Assembly (NCBI GenBank): GCA_964016885.1
Contig: OZ024756.1
Location: forward strand, 41,230,001-41,294,000
Reading direction: 5' to 3'
Source: Eledone cirrhosa
Lineage: Eukaryota
DNA length: 64,000 nt
In this document: positions 41,852 through 55,349 of the stretch, piece by piece
Layout of the letters: each line of letters begins with the position of its first letter
How positions within the stretch are numbered: the stretch's first letter is position 1
Program-made: the position numbers and the translations under genes
The notes under the pieces: model-generated
What the model saw: only the letters and a program-made list of their open reading frames with translations
Told to the model about the DNA's origin: nothing
Databases searched by the model: none

Positions 41852-43020
41852 ATATTTCTAGTAATGTTTCATTTGTCGAAGTTTTAATGAAATACCGTTC
41901 AAACTTGATAAATCTAGCTTTCTGTTTTAATGGATTTTTTCAAACCTAACTTTATTTTCCTTAATAAAACTACTTGAATAGGAATATTATTTCGACGAGG
42001 TCTCTTTTTCTTTGTATCAAGCATGTATTTACATCTGTCTATACACACACACACACACACACACACACCAGATACAGACATACACACACACACACCAGAT
42101 ACAGACATACACACACACCAGATACAGACATACACACACACACACACACCAGATACAGACATACACACACACACACACCAGATACACAGACATGCACATA
42201 CATGCACACACACACACACACACCAGATACAGACATACACACACACCAGATACAGACATACACACACACACCAGATACAGACATACACACACACACACAC
42301 ACACACACCAGATACAGACATACACACACACACACACACACACCAGATACATACACACACACACACCAGATACAGACATGCACATACATACACACACACA
42401 CACACACACCAGATACAGACATACACACACACACACACCAGATACAGACATACACACACACCAGATACAGACATACACACACACCAGATACAGACATACA
42501 CACACACACACCAGATACAGACATACACACACACACACCAGATACACAGACATGCACACACATACACACACATACACACACATACACACATACATACACA
42601 CACACACATATACACACATACATCAGATAGACAGACGTGGAAACTCCCGTCAACAGTTGCCCCTTTCTTTCTCTGTCTCTCTCTCTCTGTCTCTCTCTCT
42701 CCGTCTCTCTCCCTTTCTCTGTGTCTCTCTCTCTGTCTCTCTCTCCCTGTCTCCCTCTCTCTGTGTCTCTCTCTCTTTCTCTCCACACTTCTCTCTCTCT
42801 AAGTCTTGCCCTTCATTGATATTTTTGTTGGATTTATATAAACATTCGTTTTAAAACACACACGCACATGTACACATACATACGCACATACACATACATA
42901 CACATGCACACAAACACATTCACATACACCTATACAATCACACTCACACATACATACACCTACACATTCACGCACACACACACATTCACACACTGACACA
43001 CTCACTCACACACCCACACA
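40870..43020. repeat. Block of compound TA/TG/CA/CT microsatellites, including a (CA)n-CAGATACAGACATA minisatellite at 42041-42620
   Basis: Directly visible. Confidence 0.9.
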
Positions 43021-43127
43021 CGTGCATACACCCACAGTCTTATAAAAGAGATTTGATTTGATATGACCTCTTTTCTTTCTGTTTCACTGATTGGAATCGA
43101 AACCGAAACTTGATCTCTCTTAGACTT

Positions 43128-43935
43128 GAGTTAAAACATATTTTAACATGGAACTACCAGCTGAACCAATGAGTTAGCTATATATGCTAGAAATAGCAGC
43201 TTAATTCCTCTCAATAGATTGGTTATTAGAGTTAAAACATATTTTAACATGGAACTACCAGCTGAACCAATGAGTTAGCTATATATGCTAGAAATAGCAG
43301 CTTAATTCCTCTCAATAGATTGGTTATTAGAGTTAAAACATATTTTAACATGGAACTACCAGCTGAACCAATGAGTTAGCTATATATGCTAGAAATAGCA
43401 GCTTAATTCCTCTCAATAGATTGGTTATTAGAGTTAAAACATATTTTAACATGGAACTACCAGCTGAACCAGTGAGTTAGCTATATATGCTAGAAATAGC
43501 AGCTTAATTCCTCTCAATAGATTGGTTATTAGAGTTAAAACATATTTTAACATGGAACTACCAGCTGAACCAGTGAGTTAGCTATATATGCTAGAAATAG
43601 CAGCTTAATTCCTCTCAATAGATTGGTTATTAGAGTTAAAACATATTTTAACATGGAACTACCAGCTGAACCAGTGAGTTAGCTATATATGCTAGAAATA
43701 GCAGCTTAATTCCTCTCAATAGATTGGTTATTAGAGTTAAAACATATTTTAACATGGAACTACCAGCTGAACCAGTGAGTTAGCTATATATGCTAGAAAT
43801 AGCAGCTTAATTCCTCTCAATAGATTGGTTATTAGAGTTAAAACATATTTTAACATGGAACTACCAGCTGAACCAGTGAGCTAACATCTACATAGCAGTA
43901 TTATATGCTAGAAATAGCAGCCTAACTCCTCTCAA
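43128..43935. repeat. 101-bp minisatellite, 8 copies
   Basis: Units start at 43128, 43229 and so on to 43835. The first three carry CCAATGAG and the last five CCAGTGAG. Confidence 0.97.
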
Positions 43936-44039
43936 ATTACACTCTACCGTGTAGGTGTGGGTTATTGTGTTATATATATCCAGATGTAGAAAAAGACAGG
44001 GTATTGGTTATTATTACATCTGTCTTATGGTCAGGTGTT

Positions 44040-44505
44040 TGGGGGAGTCGGAAGAGTGTCGGGCATACGTTTAGAAGTATTTCTTCCACAGGGTTTTTTA
44101 CGTTTTGAGTTCAAATCCCGGTCGAGGTCCAGTTTGCCTTTCATCTTTGTGGGGTCGAGAGAATAAAGTACCTGTAACGCACTGGGGTCGACTTAATCGA
44201 CTTTCCCCTTCTCTTCAAAATGTTGACCTTGCACCAAAAGTAGAAACAGTTATTATACTCGTCTTCGAGTCGGGTGTAACATTATTTATAAGGGTAGTTG
44301 TTATTAGTTATAATGGCGGTGGATTGGCAGTAATCGGTAGAGCATCAGACACCATGCTTTGCCTCATAGTTACGGCCCTTGCCATTCTGAGTTCAAATCC
44401 TGCCGAGGTTAACTTTGCCTTTCATCCTTACGGGGTCGATAAAATAAAGTACCAGTAATGTACTGGGATAATTGCTGGCCTTGTGCCAAAAGTAGGAACA
44501 ATTAT
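44040..44505 (+). mobile_element. Two tandem Meta-like SINEs (~44040-44255 older, 44313-44505 younger)
   Basis: The younger copy has GGCGGTGGATTGGCAGTAATCGGTAG (A-box) and GAGTTCAAATCC (B-box). Both share the conserved central domain and 3' end. Confidence 0.8.
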
Positions 44506-44518
44506 TATATATATGTAG

Positions 44519-44737
44519 GTGTCACGACAAAAAAACAGTCCACGCTGTAATGTGGCCGTGTAAAACCTCCCAGTCCACACTGTAAACGTGGTTGGTGTTA
44601 GGAAGGGCATCCAGCCGTAGAAAACCCGACAGGCAGTCCTACACGAGCCAGTCAACCAATCTTGCCTCAAGTGGGAAAATTCCCGTCCAGACCCATGCTA
44701 GCGTGGAAGATGGACGTTAAACGATGATGATGATGAT
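44519..44737 (+). mobile_element. SINE with RTE-like 3' end and (GAT)n tail
   Basis: Close reverse complement of 2313-2560. Confidence 0.8.
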
Positions 44738-44789
44738 AATATATATAGATAGATATATCTGTTTATACACATTCAAACATGTACGTTTT

Positions 44790-45298
44790 CCATACACACA
44801 TACATACCACACACATACATACATACCACACACATACATACACACCACACACATACATACATACATACCACACACATACATACATACACACACATACATA
44901 CATACACACACATACATACACACACATACATACATACACACACATACATACATACACACCACATACATACATACATACATACACACACATACATACATAC
45001 ACACACATACATACATACACACCACATACATACATACATACATACACACACATACATACATACACACCACACACATACATACATACACACATACATACAT
45101 ACACACCACATACATACACACCACATACATACATACACACCACATACATACATACACACACATACATACATACACACACATACATACATACACACACATA
45201 CATACATACACACCACACACATACATACATACATACCACACACATACATACATACACACCACATACATACACACCACACACATACATACACACACACA
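44790..45298. repeat. (CATA/CA)n microsatellite
   Basis: Directly visible. Confidence 0.9.
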
Positions 45299-45707
45299 TG
45301 AACACAGATCTGTTGTGAGGGTGCTGCTGCACTCTGTCCCCAAATGCAGGAGAAGTAACTCTGAAGGTGTTTCAGTCCCCTCCCCTGCGACACCAGGGGC
45401 CACCCACATACACAACACGATCTTTGATGACACACGAGACGTCTCCCTGCACCTCAGTGCATCAAGTGCACCATACAAATATTTCTACCTAAACAGACTA
45501 TATGCACACGTCTATGGTTGTTTGTCTTCAATTGTGGATTCTTTAAAGTGCAGCAGCAACTTAAAAGACTGCAGCTGCATGGAGGGTTATGTTGCATCTG
45601 CCATGTAGTCTCATGTAACAGGGAAACTACGGAAGTGGTGGTATTTCATTGGTGTGGATGTGCATGATACTTCCTGACTGCCACCATAAATAACCTCTAC
45701 CTGATAC

Positions 45708-45975
45708 AGAGGCGCGTGGCCTAGTGGTAAAGGTGTTGGACTTAGGATTGTAGTGTCATAGGTTCGATACCTGGACTGGGTTGTGTTCTTGAGCAAAACA
45801 CTTCATTTCACGTTGCCTCAGTATACTCAGCTTAAAAAAAAATGAGTATCAGCAATAGCTGGGGGTTTAACCCTACGATGGACTAGTGTCCTATCCAGGG
45901 AGAGTCTTGTTATCCACAGAAACCTAGACAAGCCCCAGTGTGATGAATCTCTGGGCTCAAGACAGACTTTACTTT
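45708..45975 (+). mobile_element. Full-length tRNA-derived CORE-like SINE
   Basis: GGCGCGTGGCCTAGTGGTAAAG (A-box), GGTTCGATACC (B-box), CORE-like TGTGTTCTTGAGCAAAACACTT..GCCTCAGT, ACTTT tail. ACCTGATACA flanks both ends (~45699 and ~45979) and is a likely TSD. Confidence 0.8.
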
Positions 45976-46513
45976 TAAACCTGATATACAATATTGATGA
46001 GCCACGTTACAGAAGACATTTAGCTGCACAATAGCAGCTTTATAGTGAGATTACAGGTACACACAGGTGCTGACTTGTGAAGCAGATAGGACCAGTAGCA
46101 TATCTTAGCTGCACAATTGAAGCTTTATAGTGGGGTTTACAGATGCAAACTTCTCTATGAAGCAGATAGGACCAGTAACAAGGTGGCCCAAGACAACTAG
46201 TACCTCTTCTTATTTGCTGGAGTCACTTTAAACTCTTACCATCCTGTATTTATAGCATCTTTACTTAGGGACAGATTATTGCAGTATTAGAGAAAAGTCT
46301 TCAATATTTAATGTGATGCAAACATGTTACAATATTATCTAATATGTCCTTCCTTTTAACATAAAATGATTTATTGAAAAGTTTATTAATTCAAATCTTT
46401 ATAGTATTTTTACTACTGGACAGATTATTGCGAACATTTGCAGCATTAGAGTAAAGGTTTACATTTTTAATGAGATGCAGATATAGTGTTGTTTTGAACA
46501 TTTTTTATTTTAA

Positions 46514-47818
46514 TCCTTTAGCATTTACATTACTCTATATATACTATTGTAATTTCACAGTAAAGGCTTTACCTCACATAATATCTCGTATAACATTTAC
46601 ATTACTCTATATATACTATTGTAATTTCACAGTAAAGGCTTTACCTCACATAATTATCTCACATAATATCGAATCTATGAGATTTTGATATTATTTATTT
46701 TGAGAACAATACCTTAATATCAGTATGAGAGGCCAGTTACAGCCGGTTTAAACAGAAAGAGGTGAGAGAATTCTGGCTGGATACAGCCGGTTTAAACAGA
46801 AAGAGGTGAGAGAATTCTGGCTGGATATGGCCGGTTTAAACAGAAAGGGGTGAGAGAATTCTGGCTGGATACAGCCGGTTTAAACAGAAAGAGGTGAGAG
46901 AATTCTGGCTGGATATGGCCGGTTTAAACAGAAAGGGGTGAGAGAATTCTGGCTGGATACAGCCGGTTTAAACAGAAAGAGGTGAGAGAATTCTGGCTGG
47001 ATATGGCCAGTTTAAACAGAAAGAGGTGAGAGAATTCTGGCTGGATATGGCCGGTTTAAACAGAAAGAGGTGAGAGAATTTTGGCTGGATATGGCCAGTT
47101 TAAACAGAAAGAGGTGAGAGAATTCTGGCTGGATATGGCCGGTTTAAACAGAAAGAGGTGAGAGAATTCTGGCTGGATATGGCCAGTTTAAACAGAAAGA
47201 GGTGAGAGAATTCTGGCTGGATATGGCCGGTTTAAACAGAAAGAGGTGAGAGAATTCTGGCTGGATATGGCCAGTTTAAACAGAAAGAGGTGAGAGAATT
47301 CTGGCTGGATACAGCCGGTTTAAACAGAAAGAGGTGAGAGAATTCTGGCTGGATATGGCCAGTTTAAACAGAAAGAGGTGAGAGAATTCTGGCTGGATAT
47401 GACCGGTTTAAACAGAAAGAGGTGAGAGAATTCTGGCTGGATATGGCCAGTTTAAACAGAAAGAGGTGAGAGAATTCTGGCTGGATATGGCCGGTTTAAA
47501 CAGAAAGAGGTGAGAGAATTCTGGCTGGATATGGCCAGTTTAAACAGAAAGAGGTGAGAGAATTCTGGCTGGATACAGCCGGTTTAAACAGAAAGAGGTG
47601 AGAGAATTCTGGCTGGATATGGCCAGTTTAAACAGAAAGAGGTGAGAGAATTCTGGCTGGATATGACTGGTTTAAACAGAAAGAGGTGAGAGAATTCTGG
47701 CTGGATATGGCCAGTTTAAACAGAAAGAGGTGAGAGAATTCTGGCTGGATACAGCCGGTTTAAACAGAAAGAGGTGAGAGAATTCTGGCTGGATATGACC
47801 GGTTTAAATGCCAAAGGG
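46514..47818 (-). mobile_element. piggyBac-type MITE inflated by an internal 44-bp VNTR
   Basis: TTAA at 46510-46513 and 47819-47822; termini TCCTTT...AAAGGG; homologous to 7925-8200. Confidence 0.75.
46743..47808. repeat. 44-bp minisatellite, 24 copies
   Basis: Unit CCGGTTTAAACAGAAAGAGGTGAGAGAATTCTGGCTGGATATGG. Confidence 0.97.
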
Positions 47819-48335
47819 TTAAAGAATGTCATATTAATATGTTCCTCTGAAACACTGAAAAGGAAAGAATAATTACAAGCAACTGCATTCTAGTCTTTAA
47901 CTTCTTTACTCTTATTATAAATTAACTTTTTATAGAGATAATTATTGCTACACTTGGCTATGTTAGGAAATGTCTAAATAACATTCTGGAAAAAGTTGGT
48001 TTTTCAGACAAAGAAATTGACCAGCTAACACACTTTACAAATACAATCTGTTAGTGGCATAGTAAAAATATGTGAGACTTTTTAAAAGTTCAACATGTGA
48101 CTCTGTGTTATTCAAATTCCAGTGTCATATCTTTGTTTCTTTGTTAGAAACCAGCTCCTTCCTTACATGAAGGATTCAAATAATTAAAAAGGAAACATAT
48201 TCATATACACACATATTTTTAGTGCATTATATATATCTGCTGAGGTTAACTTTGCCTTTCATCCTTACGGGGTCGATAAAATAAAGTACCAGTAATGCAC
48301 TGGGTGATTGCTGGCCTTGTGCCTAAAGTAGAAAC

Positions 48336-48393
<58 letters not shown>

Positions 48394-48949
48394 TTAAATG
48401 AAAATATGAAAAGAATGGATTCCAATAACTTCCTTTATTGTTGCATAATTACACAACACGTATTTCTGTGGCTGCCTTACATCATGACACAAGACAATCA
48501 ACGATGAAAGGACAAAGTTGACCTTGGAGGGATTTGAACTCAGCGAAAGCCAAAATAAATACGACAAGGTATTCTGTTAATCCAACCATCGAAGGACTGC
48601 CAATTTGCTGTCTTGAAAATGAATTATGGTTTGACAAAACAAGCTTAGTTGTGGCTTGTTCTGTTATAAGTACATACACTACTGTGAGGGGAAGAACCTG
48701 TTAATCACCATGCTGGATAAAGTGAAGAAGCTATTCTCTCTTTCCAGATTATTCTCAAAGTAGTCTGTTTTAATAAGATATACAGTTACCAACGCCTGCC
48801 TCCCTATCTCAGGGTATAGTGTTTTGAGATTTGGCAATTTCATTGTTTTATTTTATTTTTGGTGTTTTTTTTTCCCAGATAAAGTTGATAAAGTGGAAGA
48901 TTTTATATTTATTTTTGTTTGTTTCTTCTTCAAATGTGGTTGTCTTCTT

Positions 48950-49137
48950 TTTGGATTGCCAGTATCGGTAGAGGGTCGGACGCCATGCTTTGACGTATAG
49001 AGTTACGGCCCTTGCCATTCTGAGTTCAAATCCCGCCGAGGTTAACTTTGCCTTTCATCCTTATGGGGTTGATAAAATAAAGTACCAGTAATGCACTGAG
49101 TAATTGCTGGCCTTGTGCCAAAAGTAGAAACAATTAT
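48950..49137 (+). mobile_element. Meta-like SINE (partial copy also at 48238-48340)
   Basis: Same boxes and 3' end as 44313-44505. Confidence 0.8.
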
Positions 49138-49381
49138 TTTAGTTTTTATTTTTTTATTTTTTTTCCCAAATATTAGAAGTATCAAATTAGTTAAGTGTAC
49201 GATAATTTTTCTAATGGCTCATCATCATCATCATCATCATCCATCATCATCATCATCATCATCATCGTCGTTTAACGTCTATCTTCCATGCTAGCATGGG
49301 TTAGCTCGTTTGTAGTTTCTCACTTCAAATTCACTTAAAAGTTGTTGGCTGCTGTTTTCTTTTTTTTTGTAGGTTGGTTTG

Positions 49382-49600
49382 GTCTGGTCACTTCTCTAGC
49401 TTGGTCTGGGCCCTTGTTTGGTCTGGTCTCTTCCCTGCTCTGGGTCCTTCCCTCGTCTGGTCACTTCTCTAGCTTGGTCTGGGCCCTTGTTTGGTCTGGT
49501 CTCTTCCCTGCTCTGGGTCCTTCCCTCGTCTGGTCACTTCTCTGGTTTGGTCTGGGTCCTTCCCTCGTCAGGTTGTTTCCCTGATCTGGTCTCTTCCCAG
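49382..49600. repeat. 73-bp tandem repeat, ~2.6 copies
   Basis: Units start at 49382, 49455 and 49528. Confidence 0.85.
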
Positions 49601-49741
49601 CCTCATTGCTGTGGGTTGCATCTCATAGTTTTCTTGGGTATTTTAATGATAGGGGCTCCAGTCCTATCATGTTGTTACTACAGCTCACACCTTTGTAGGT
49701 TTAGCTGGCTTCCTGTAAAGTGGCATCTCATAGGTTTCTTA

Positions 49742-50280
49742 GTTGTGGTGATAGTGGTTGTTGTTGTAGTAGATGTGGTGGTGGTGGTGGTTGTAGTAGA
49801 TGTGGTGGTGGTTGTTGTTGTAGTAGATGTGGTGGTGGTTGTTGTTGTAGTAGATGTGGTGGTGGTTGTTGTTGTAGTAGATGTGGTGGTGGTTGTTGTT
49901 GTAGTAGATGTGGTGGTGGTGGTGCTGGTTGTTGTAGTAGATGTGGTGGTGGTGATAGTGGTTGTTGTTGTAGTAGATGTGGTGGTGGTGGTGATTGTTG
50001 TAGATGTGGTGGTGGTGGTGCTGGTTGTTGTAGTAGATGTGGTGGTGGTGATAGTGGTTGTGGTTGTAGTAGATATGGTGGTGGTGGTTGTTGTTGTTGT
50101 AGATGTGGTGGTTGTTGTTGTTGTAGATGTGGTGGTTGTTGTTGTTGTAGATGTGGTGGTTGTTGTTGTAGATGTGGTGGTTGTTGTTGTTGTAGTAGAT
50201 GTGGTGGTGGTTGTTGTTGTAGTAGATGTGGTGGTGGTGGTGCTGGTTGTTGTAGTAGATGTGGTGGTGGTTGTAGTTTT
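49742..50280. repeat. (GTG/GTT)n-GTAGAT compound repeat
   Basis: Directly visible; source of the poly-V, poly-Q/P and poly-C/G ORFs. Confidence 0.9.
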
Positions 50281-50980
50281 GGTAATCCACCCACCTCATT
50301 CATCACTCACCCATCCACCCCCACCACCCTTCATCCACTTACAACTAATAAGCTAGTGGGTGCTGTAACTATTTTTCATTGATAGAAATTTTGAATAAGT
50401 TCCGGGTGTGTATATGTGTGTGTGCGTGTATATGTGTGTGTGCGTGTGTGTGTGTGCGCGCCCATGTGTGTGTGTGTGTGTGCGTAAATCATATCTTTCT
50501 CCTTTTATTATTTATTTTGTCTTCTATTTTTCTGAGTCATATCCACTTGAGTGAAATATGTCAGACAAACCCCCCGTTACATTTCAAGTAGGTTCACCTT
50601 CACTGCTCCGACTGACCAGAGATTCTTCTGAAATGTTGAACAGTCTTCACATCACCAGAACTTCAACTCCGTTGCTGCTAAATGAGGACTTTAACTATAT
50701 ATACAACAACATGCAGGTCATGGTTAGGTGGTTAACAAGTTTGCTTTGTGCTCACGTGGTTGGCATGGTGTCTTGGGGAAGTTTCTTCTGTCTTCTACTA
50801 TGGCCTTCAGTCAACCAATGCCATGTATAGGATTTGTGTGGAACCCTGTTGTGTGTGTGTATATATATATATATGTGTGTATATATATAGCAGGTGTGGA
50901 GGAGGGCTTCTTATTACAAAGTTGGCAGACGGTCTTCCAGAACATTTTATTTGCTGATTTGAAGTCGGATTCCTGCTTAA

Positions 50981-51275
<295 letters not shown>

Positions 51276-51527
51276 GAATCAGTACTAAACTGGGTTATAT
51301 ATATATTTATTCAGAACTGAGTTGAAATGACTCGCTACTCAGAGTTTCCCCATTCCCACTCTTCAGTTGCCTGATGTCTAGAAATGAGGAACTCCCAGTA
51401 GAAATTCCAGCAAACTCTGCTTTCAATAAATAATCTTGTTATTCCACTCAACTTAACAGTTTTAATGACTTTAATTGCAATTATGTGTATCATGTAAAGT
51501 GATAGTGGTGGTGCATTGAAGGCCCCT

Positions 51528-51800
51528 GTGGTAGTGGGGGTGATACTACCACTTAACATAGCACCCAGTTCACCCTGTAAAGTGGTAGTGGTGGTGATAC
51601 TACCACTTAACATAGCACCCAGTTCACCCTGTTAAAGTGGTAGTGGTGGTGATACTACCACTTAACATAGCACCCCAGTTCACCCTGTAAAGTGGTAGTG
51701 GTGGTGATACTACCAGTTAACATAGCACCCAAGTCCACCCTGTAAAGTGGTAGTGGTGGTGCTATAATGAAAAGCACCAAGTCCACTCTGTAAAGTGGTA
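51528..51800. repeat. 54-bp minisatellite, ~5 copies, each with a GTGGTAGT/ACTACCAC hairpin
   Basis: Directly visible; second copy at ~61188-61460. Confidence 0.9.
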
Positions 51801-52444
51801 GGCCACCAGATGTTCATCTGGTAGTCTACCATTCTCTTTTTAACTGTCCAATTCCCTTGACAAGGAATTGGTCAAGCCCATGCTATGATAGAAGACATCC
51901 AGAGTACTGTACAGGGGAGCTAGTGTGAAACCATGTGGTTAGGGAGCAGACTTCTCTATCACACAGCCAGGCCTCTTTTTATATTGTTGTTGTGATAGGA
52001 CCCTCTGAAAGGTGTGTCTATGCCCTCACGACCCTCCCCAGGTGAAGACCCTCAGATGATGAAAGTCAGTTTGACATTGGTGGAATTCAAACTCAGAATA
52101 TGACTGGAATAAACTGGCCGTAGTTGGACCTGGAGAGGGTTGGGTTCTACCATGTTTAAATGTTGAATAGTGGGACCATGTAGAGATCTCCCTCATGCTG
52201 AAGGTCAACATATTGTGTGTGTGTATATATATATATATCGATATACATATATATATGTGTGCGTGTATATATATATATATATATATATCGATATACATAT
52301 ATATATGTGTGCGTGTATATATATATATATATATATCGATATACATATATATATGTGTGTGTATATATATATATCGATATACATATATATATGTGTGTGT
52401 ATATATATATATATCGATATACATATATATATATGTGTGTATAT

Positions 52445-52475
<31 letters not shown>

Positions 52476-52476
<1 letters not shown>

Positions 52477-52832
52477 GTATAAAAGAGAAAACACAGGTAA
52501 GCATTAAGAGAAGGATTTTATCCAGGTATTTACGACCGTTTCATTGGTAAGTGCAACCTTATATTGCTATACTGCAAATAGCAGCCACTCAATGATAATT
52601 GAGTGGCTGCTATTTGCAATATAAGGTTGCACTTACCAATGAAACGGTCGTAAATACCTGGATAAAATCCTTCTCTTAATGCTTACCTGTGATTTCTCTT
52701 TTATACTTTATACTCCAAGATTGAACGGAATTCTTACAAACTTGTGGAGTTACCCCTAACCATACGTTGAAACCATCCATGAAACTGCTTTCTTACCAAG
52801 AACTGGATCACAATAAGCAATTTTCTGCTTCC

Positions 52833-52837
<5 letters not shown>
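52476..52837 (+). mobile_element. (TA)n-embedded fold-back element: ~230-bp palindrome plus 130-bp tail
   Basis: Arms 52476-52593 and 52598-52707, near perfect with one 8-nt indel and a GATA loop. Contains GAAACG-GT-CGTA (52641-52652). Duplicate at 62033-62396. Confidence 0.85.
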
Positions 52838-52870
<33 letters not shown>

Positions 52871-53021
52871 ATATATATATATATCAATATACATATATAT
52901 ATATATGTGTGTATATATATATCAATATACATATATATATATGTGTGTGTATATATATATATATATATATCAATATACATATATATATATATGTGTGTAT
53001 AAATATATCAATATACATATA

Positions 53022-53062
<41 letters not shown>

Positions 53063-53121
53063 ATATACATATATATATGTGTGTATATATATATATATAT
53101 ATTAATATACAGATATATGTA

Positions 53122-53154
<33 letters not shown>

Positions 53155-53294
53155 GGGTATACGTGTATGTATGTATGTATATATATATATGTGTATGGAT
53201 ATACGTATATATATATATATGTATGTATATATATATATATGTGTATGGATATACGTATATATATATATGTGTGTGTATGGGTATATGTATATAT

Positions 53295-53340
<46 letters not shown>

Positions 53341-53357
53341 TATATATATATATATAT

Positions 53358-53408
<51 letters not shown>

Positions 53409-53439
53409 TATATATATATATATATGTGTGTGTGTATGG

Positions 53440-53491
<52 letters not shown>

Positions 53492-53494
53492 ATG

Positions 53495-53546
<52 letters not shown>

Positions 53547-54187
53547 GGTACAGTTTATATTTACCAAAATGTCTTCATTATTCTCTCTCTTCCTCCTGAT
53601 TACTCTGTATCAATAGTCTGTAGACAATCAATATCTATAATTCAATTTCCTGTTTCTACAACAAGTCCAAATTAAGCTACCTTGATCATGATGATGATGA
53701 TGGTTGTCACCATTATCATTATTATCACTGTTGTTGTTCTTCTTCTTGTTGTTCTCATTGTTATCATTATTAGTATTATTGTTATTAGTATTGTTGTTAT
53801 TTGTATTGTTGTTATTTGTATTGTTGTTATTTGTATCATTATTGTTGTTGTTATTTTTGTTGTTGTTGTTGTTATTTTTGTTGTTGTCAAAGCAACATAT
53901 AAAAAGAACAAAACAAAAACAGGAAAATACAAAAGCAACAAAAATAAACAAGTCTTGATTATTGTAATGAACAAATAATGATTACTAAAATAGACCATTA
54001 TATAATATATATATATTTGTGTGTATATATATATATTTGTGAGTGTATTTGTGTGTATATATATATATATTTGTGAGTGTATTTGTGTGTATATATATAT
54101 ATATATATATTTGTGAGTGTATTTGTGTGTATATATATATATATATATATTTGTGAGTGTATTTGTGTGTATATATATATTTGTTTT

Positions 54188-54218
<31 letters not shown>

Positions 54219-54231
54219 TTGTGAGTGTATC

Positions 54232-54276
<45 letters not shown>

Positions 54277-54420
54277 GATTATGTATACATATATTATTTG
54301 TGTGTGTGTATAAATATATCATCATCATCGTTTGACGGCCATCTTCTACACTAGCATGGGTTAGACAGTTTTGTTCCATTTGAAGCGGGAATGGTCGGGA
54401 GACCATGTCTTGCTCGCACG

Positions 54421-54484
<64 letters not shown>

Positions 54485-54520
54485 ATTAACAAATGGAAAC
54501 TATATTTATAAAACCATATT

Positions 54521-54585
54521 TATTTCATTATACATATTTCAAGGACACCAAGTTAAATTATGGTGTGCTTTCATCAGATAAAATA
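54521..54585 (-). ncRNA. Type I hammerhead ribozyme (mirror copy in the left arm)
   Basis: Exact reverse complement of 54811-54875. Confidence 0.7.
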
Positions 54586-54810
54586 TAATATAGAGCAGTT
54601 TTATAAATAAATATTGACATACCCTTAAAGAATGCAACCATTACTGTTGGAAGCTCCCAGATAGTGGGGTTATAGCTTTATTTATACTATTATGTAATTT
54701 ACATAATAGTATAAATAAAGCTATAACCCCACTATCTGGGAGCTTCCAACAGTAATGGTTGCATTCTTTAAGGGTATGTCAATATTTATTTATAAAACTG
54801 CTCTATATTA

Positions 54811-54875
54811 TATTTTATCTGATGAAAGCACACCATAATTTAACTTGGTGTCCTTGAAATATGTATAATGAAATA
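54811..54875 (+). ncRNA. Type I hammerhead ribozyme
   Basis: Stem I TATTTTAT/ATGAAATA; CTGATGA at 54819-54825; stem II AAGCACACCA/TGGTGTCCTT with one mismatch; GAAA at 54856-54859; short stem III ATA-TG-TAT; predicted cleavage after AUA at 54867; AATAAA at 54872-54877. Confidence 0.75.
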
Positions 54876-55349
54876 AATATGGTTTTATAAATATAGTTTC
54901 CATTTGTTAATATTGTATTTTTACTCCAATTATATGTTGAGTGCTTTATATCAGTTATAAAAATATTTGCTTGTTGTATCCCAACAATTTAAATAGAACT
55001 TTTACATATATATATATATACGTTTATATAACCTGGTGGTGATGGCGTGATAAATGCACTCAGGGGCACAGGATCATGTGTGATGAAGGCCTCTGGTCCA
55101 TTGGTGTGACCTCATGTCAAATACTGGAAGGCTTATGTGTATGTATGTATGTATGTTTGTCTATGTATGTATGCATATTGGTGTATATATGCCTGTCATC
55201 ATTTTTCGTCCACTTTTCTTAGCTTGCAAGGAAATATATATCATCATCTGGAGTTCTACCTGGAGTTGCGACCGATAGATGGTACTAGCAACTGGAAAGA
55301 CTGACGGAAACATCGTTTGCTCGGTCCGATTTGACGAAAGTCGATCGAT

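Larger units (their letters stand above)
54478..55004 (+). mobile_element. (TA)n-embedded fold-back element: 441-bp palindrome plus ~86-bp tail (Penelope-like/retrozyme-like)
   Basis: Arms 54478-54697 and 54699-54918 are reverse complements around T54698. Each arm holds a hammerhead motif. Confidence 0.85.

Noticed and set aside
41914-42854. His/Thr- and Cys/Val-rich ORFs (also 44717-45435, 52867-53616, 62367-63285)
   Set aside because: Dinucleotide and tetranucleotide repeat read-throughs.
45708-45780. tRNA gene
   Set aside because: A and B boxes are present, but there is no acceptor stem and the sequence continues into a SINE body.
49418-50382. Cys/Gly-rich (metallothionein- or keratin-associated-like) and Gln/Pro-rich ORFs
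   Set aside because: Alternative frames of one GTG/GTT microsatellite whose length changes in the duplicate copy.
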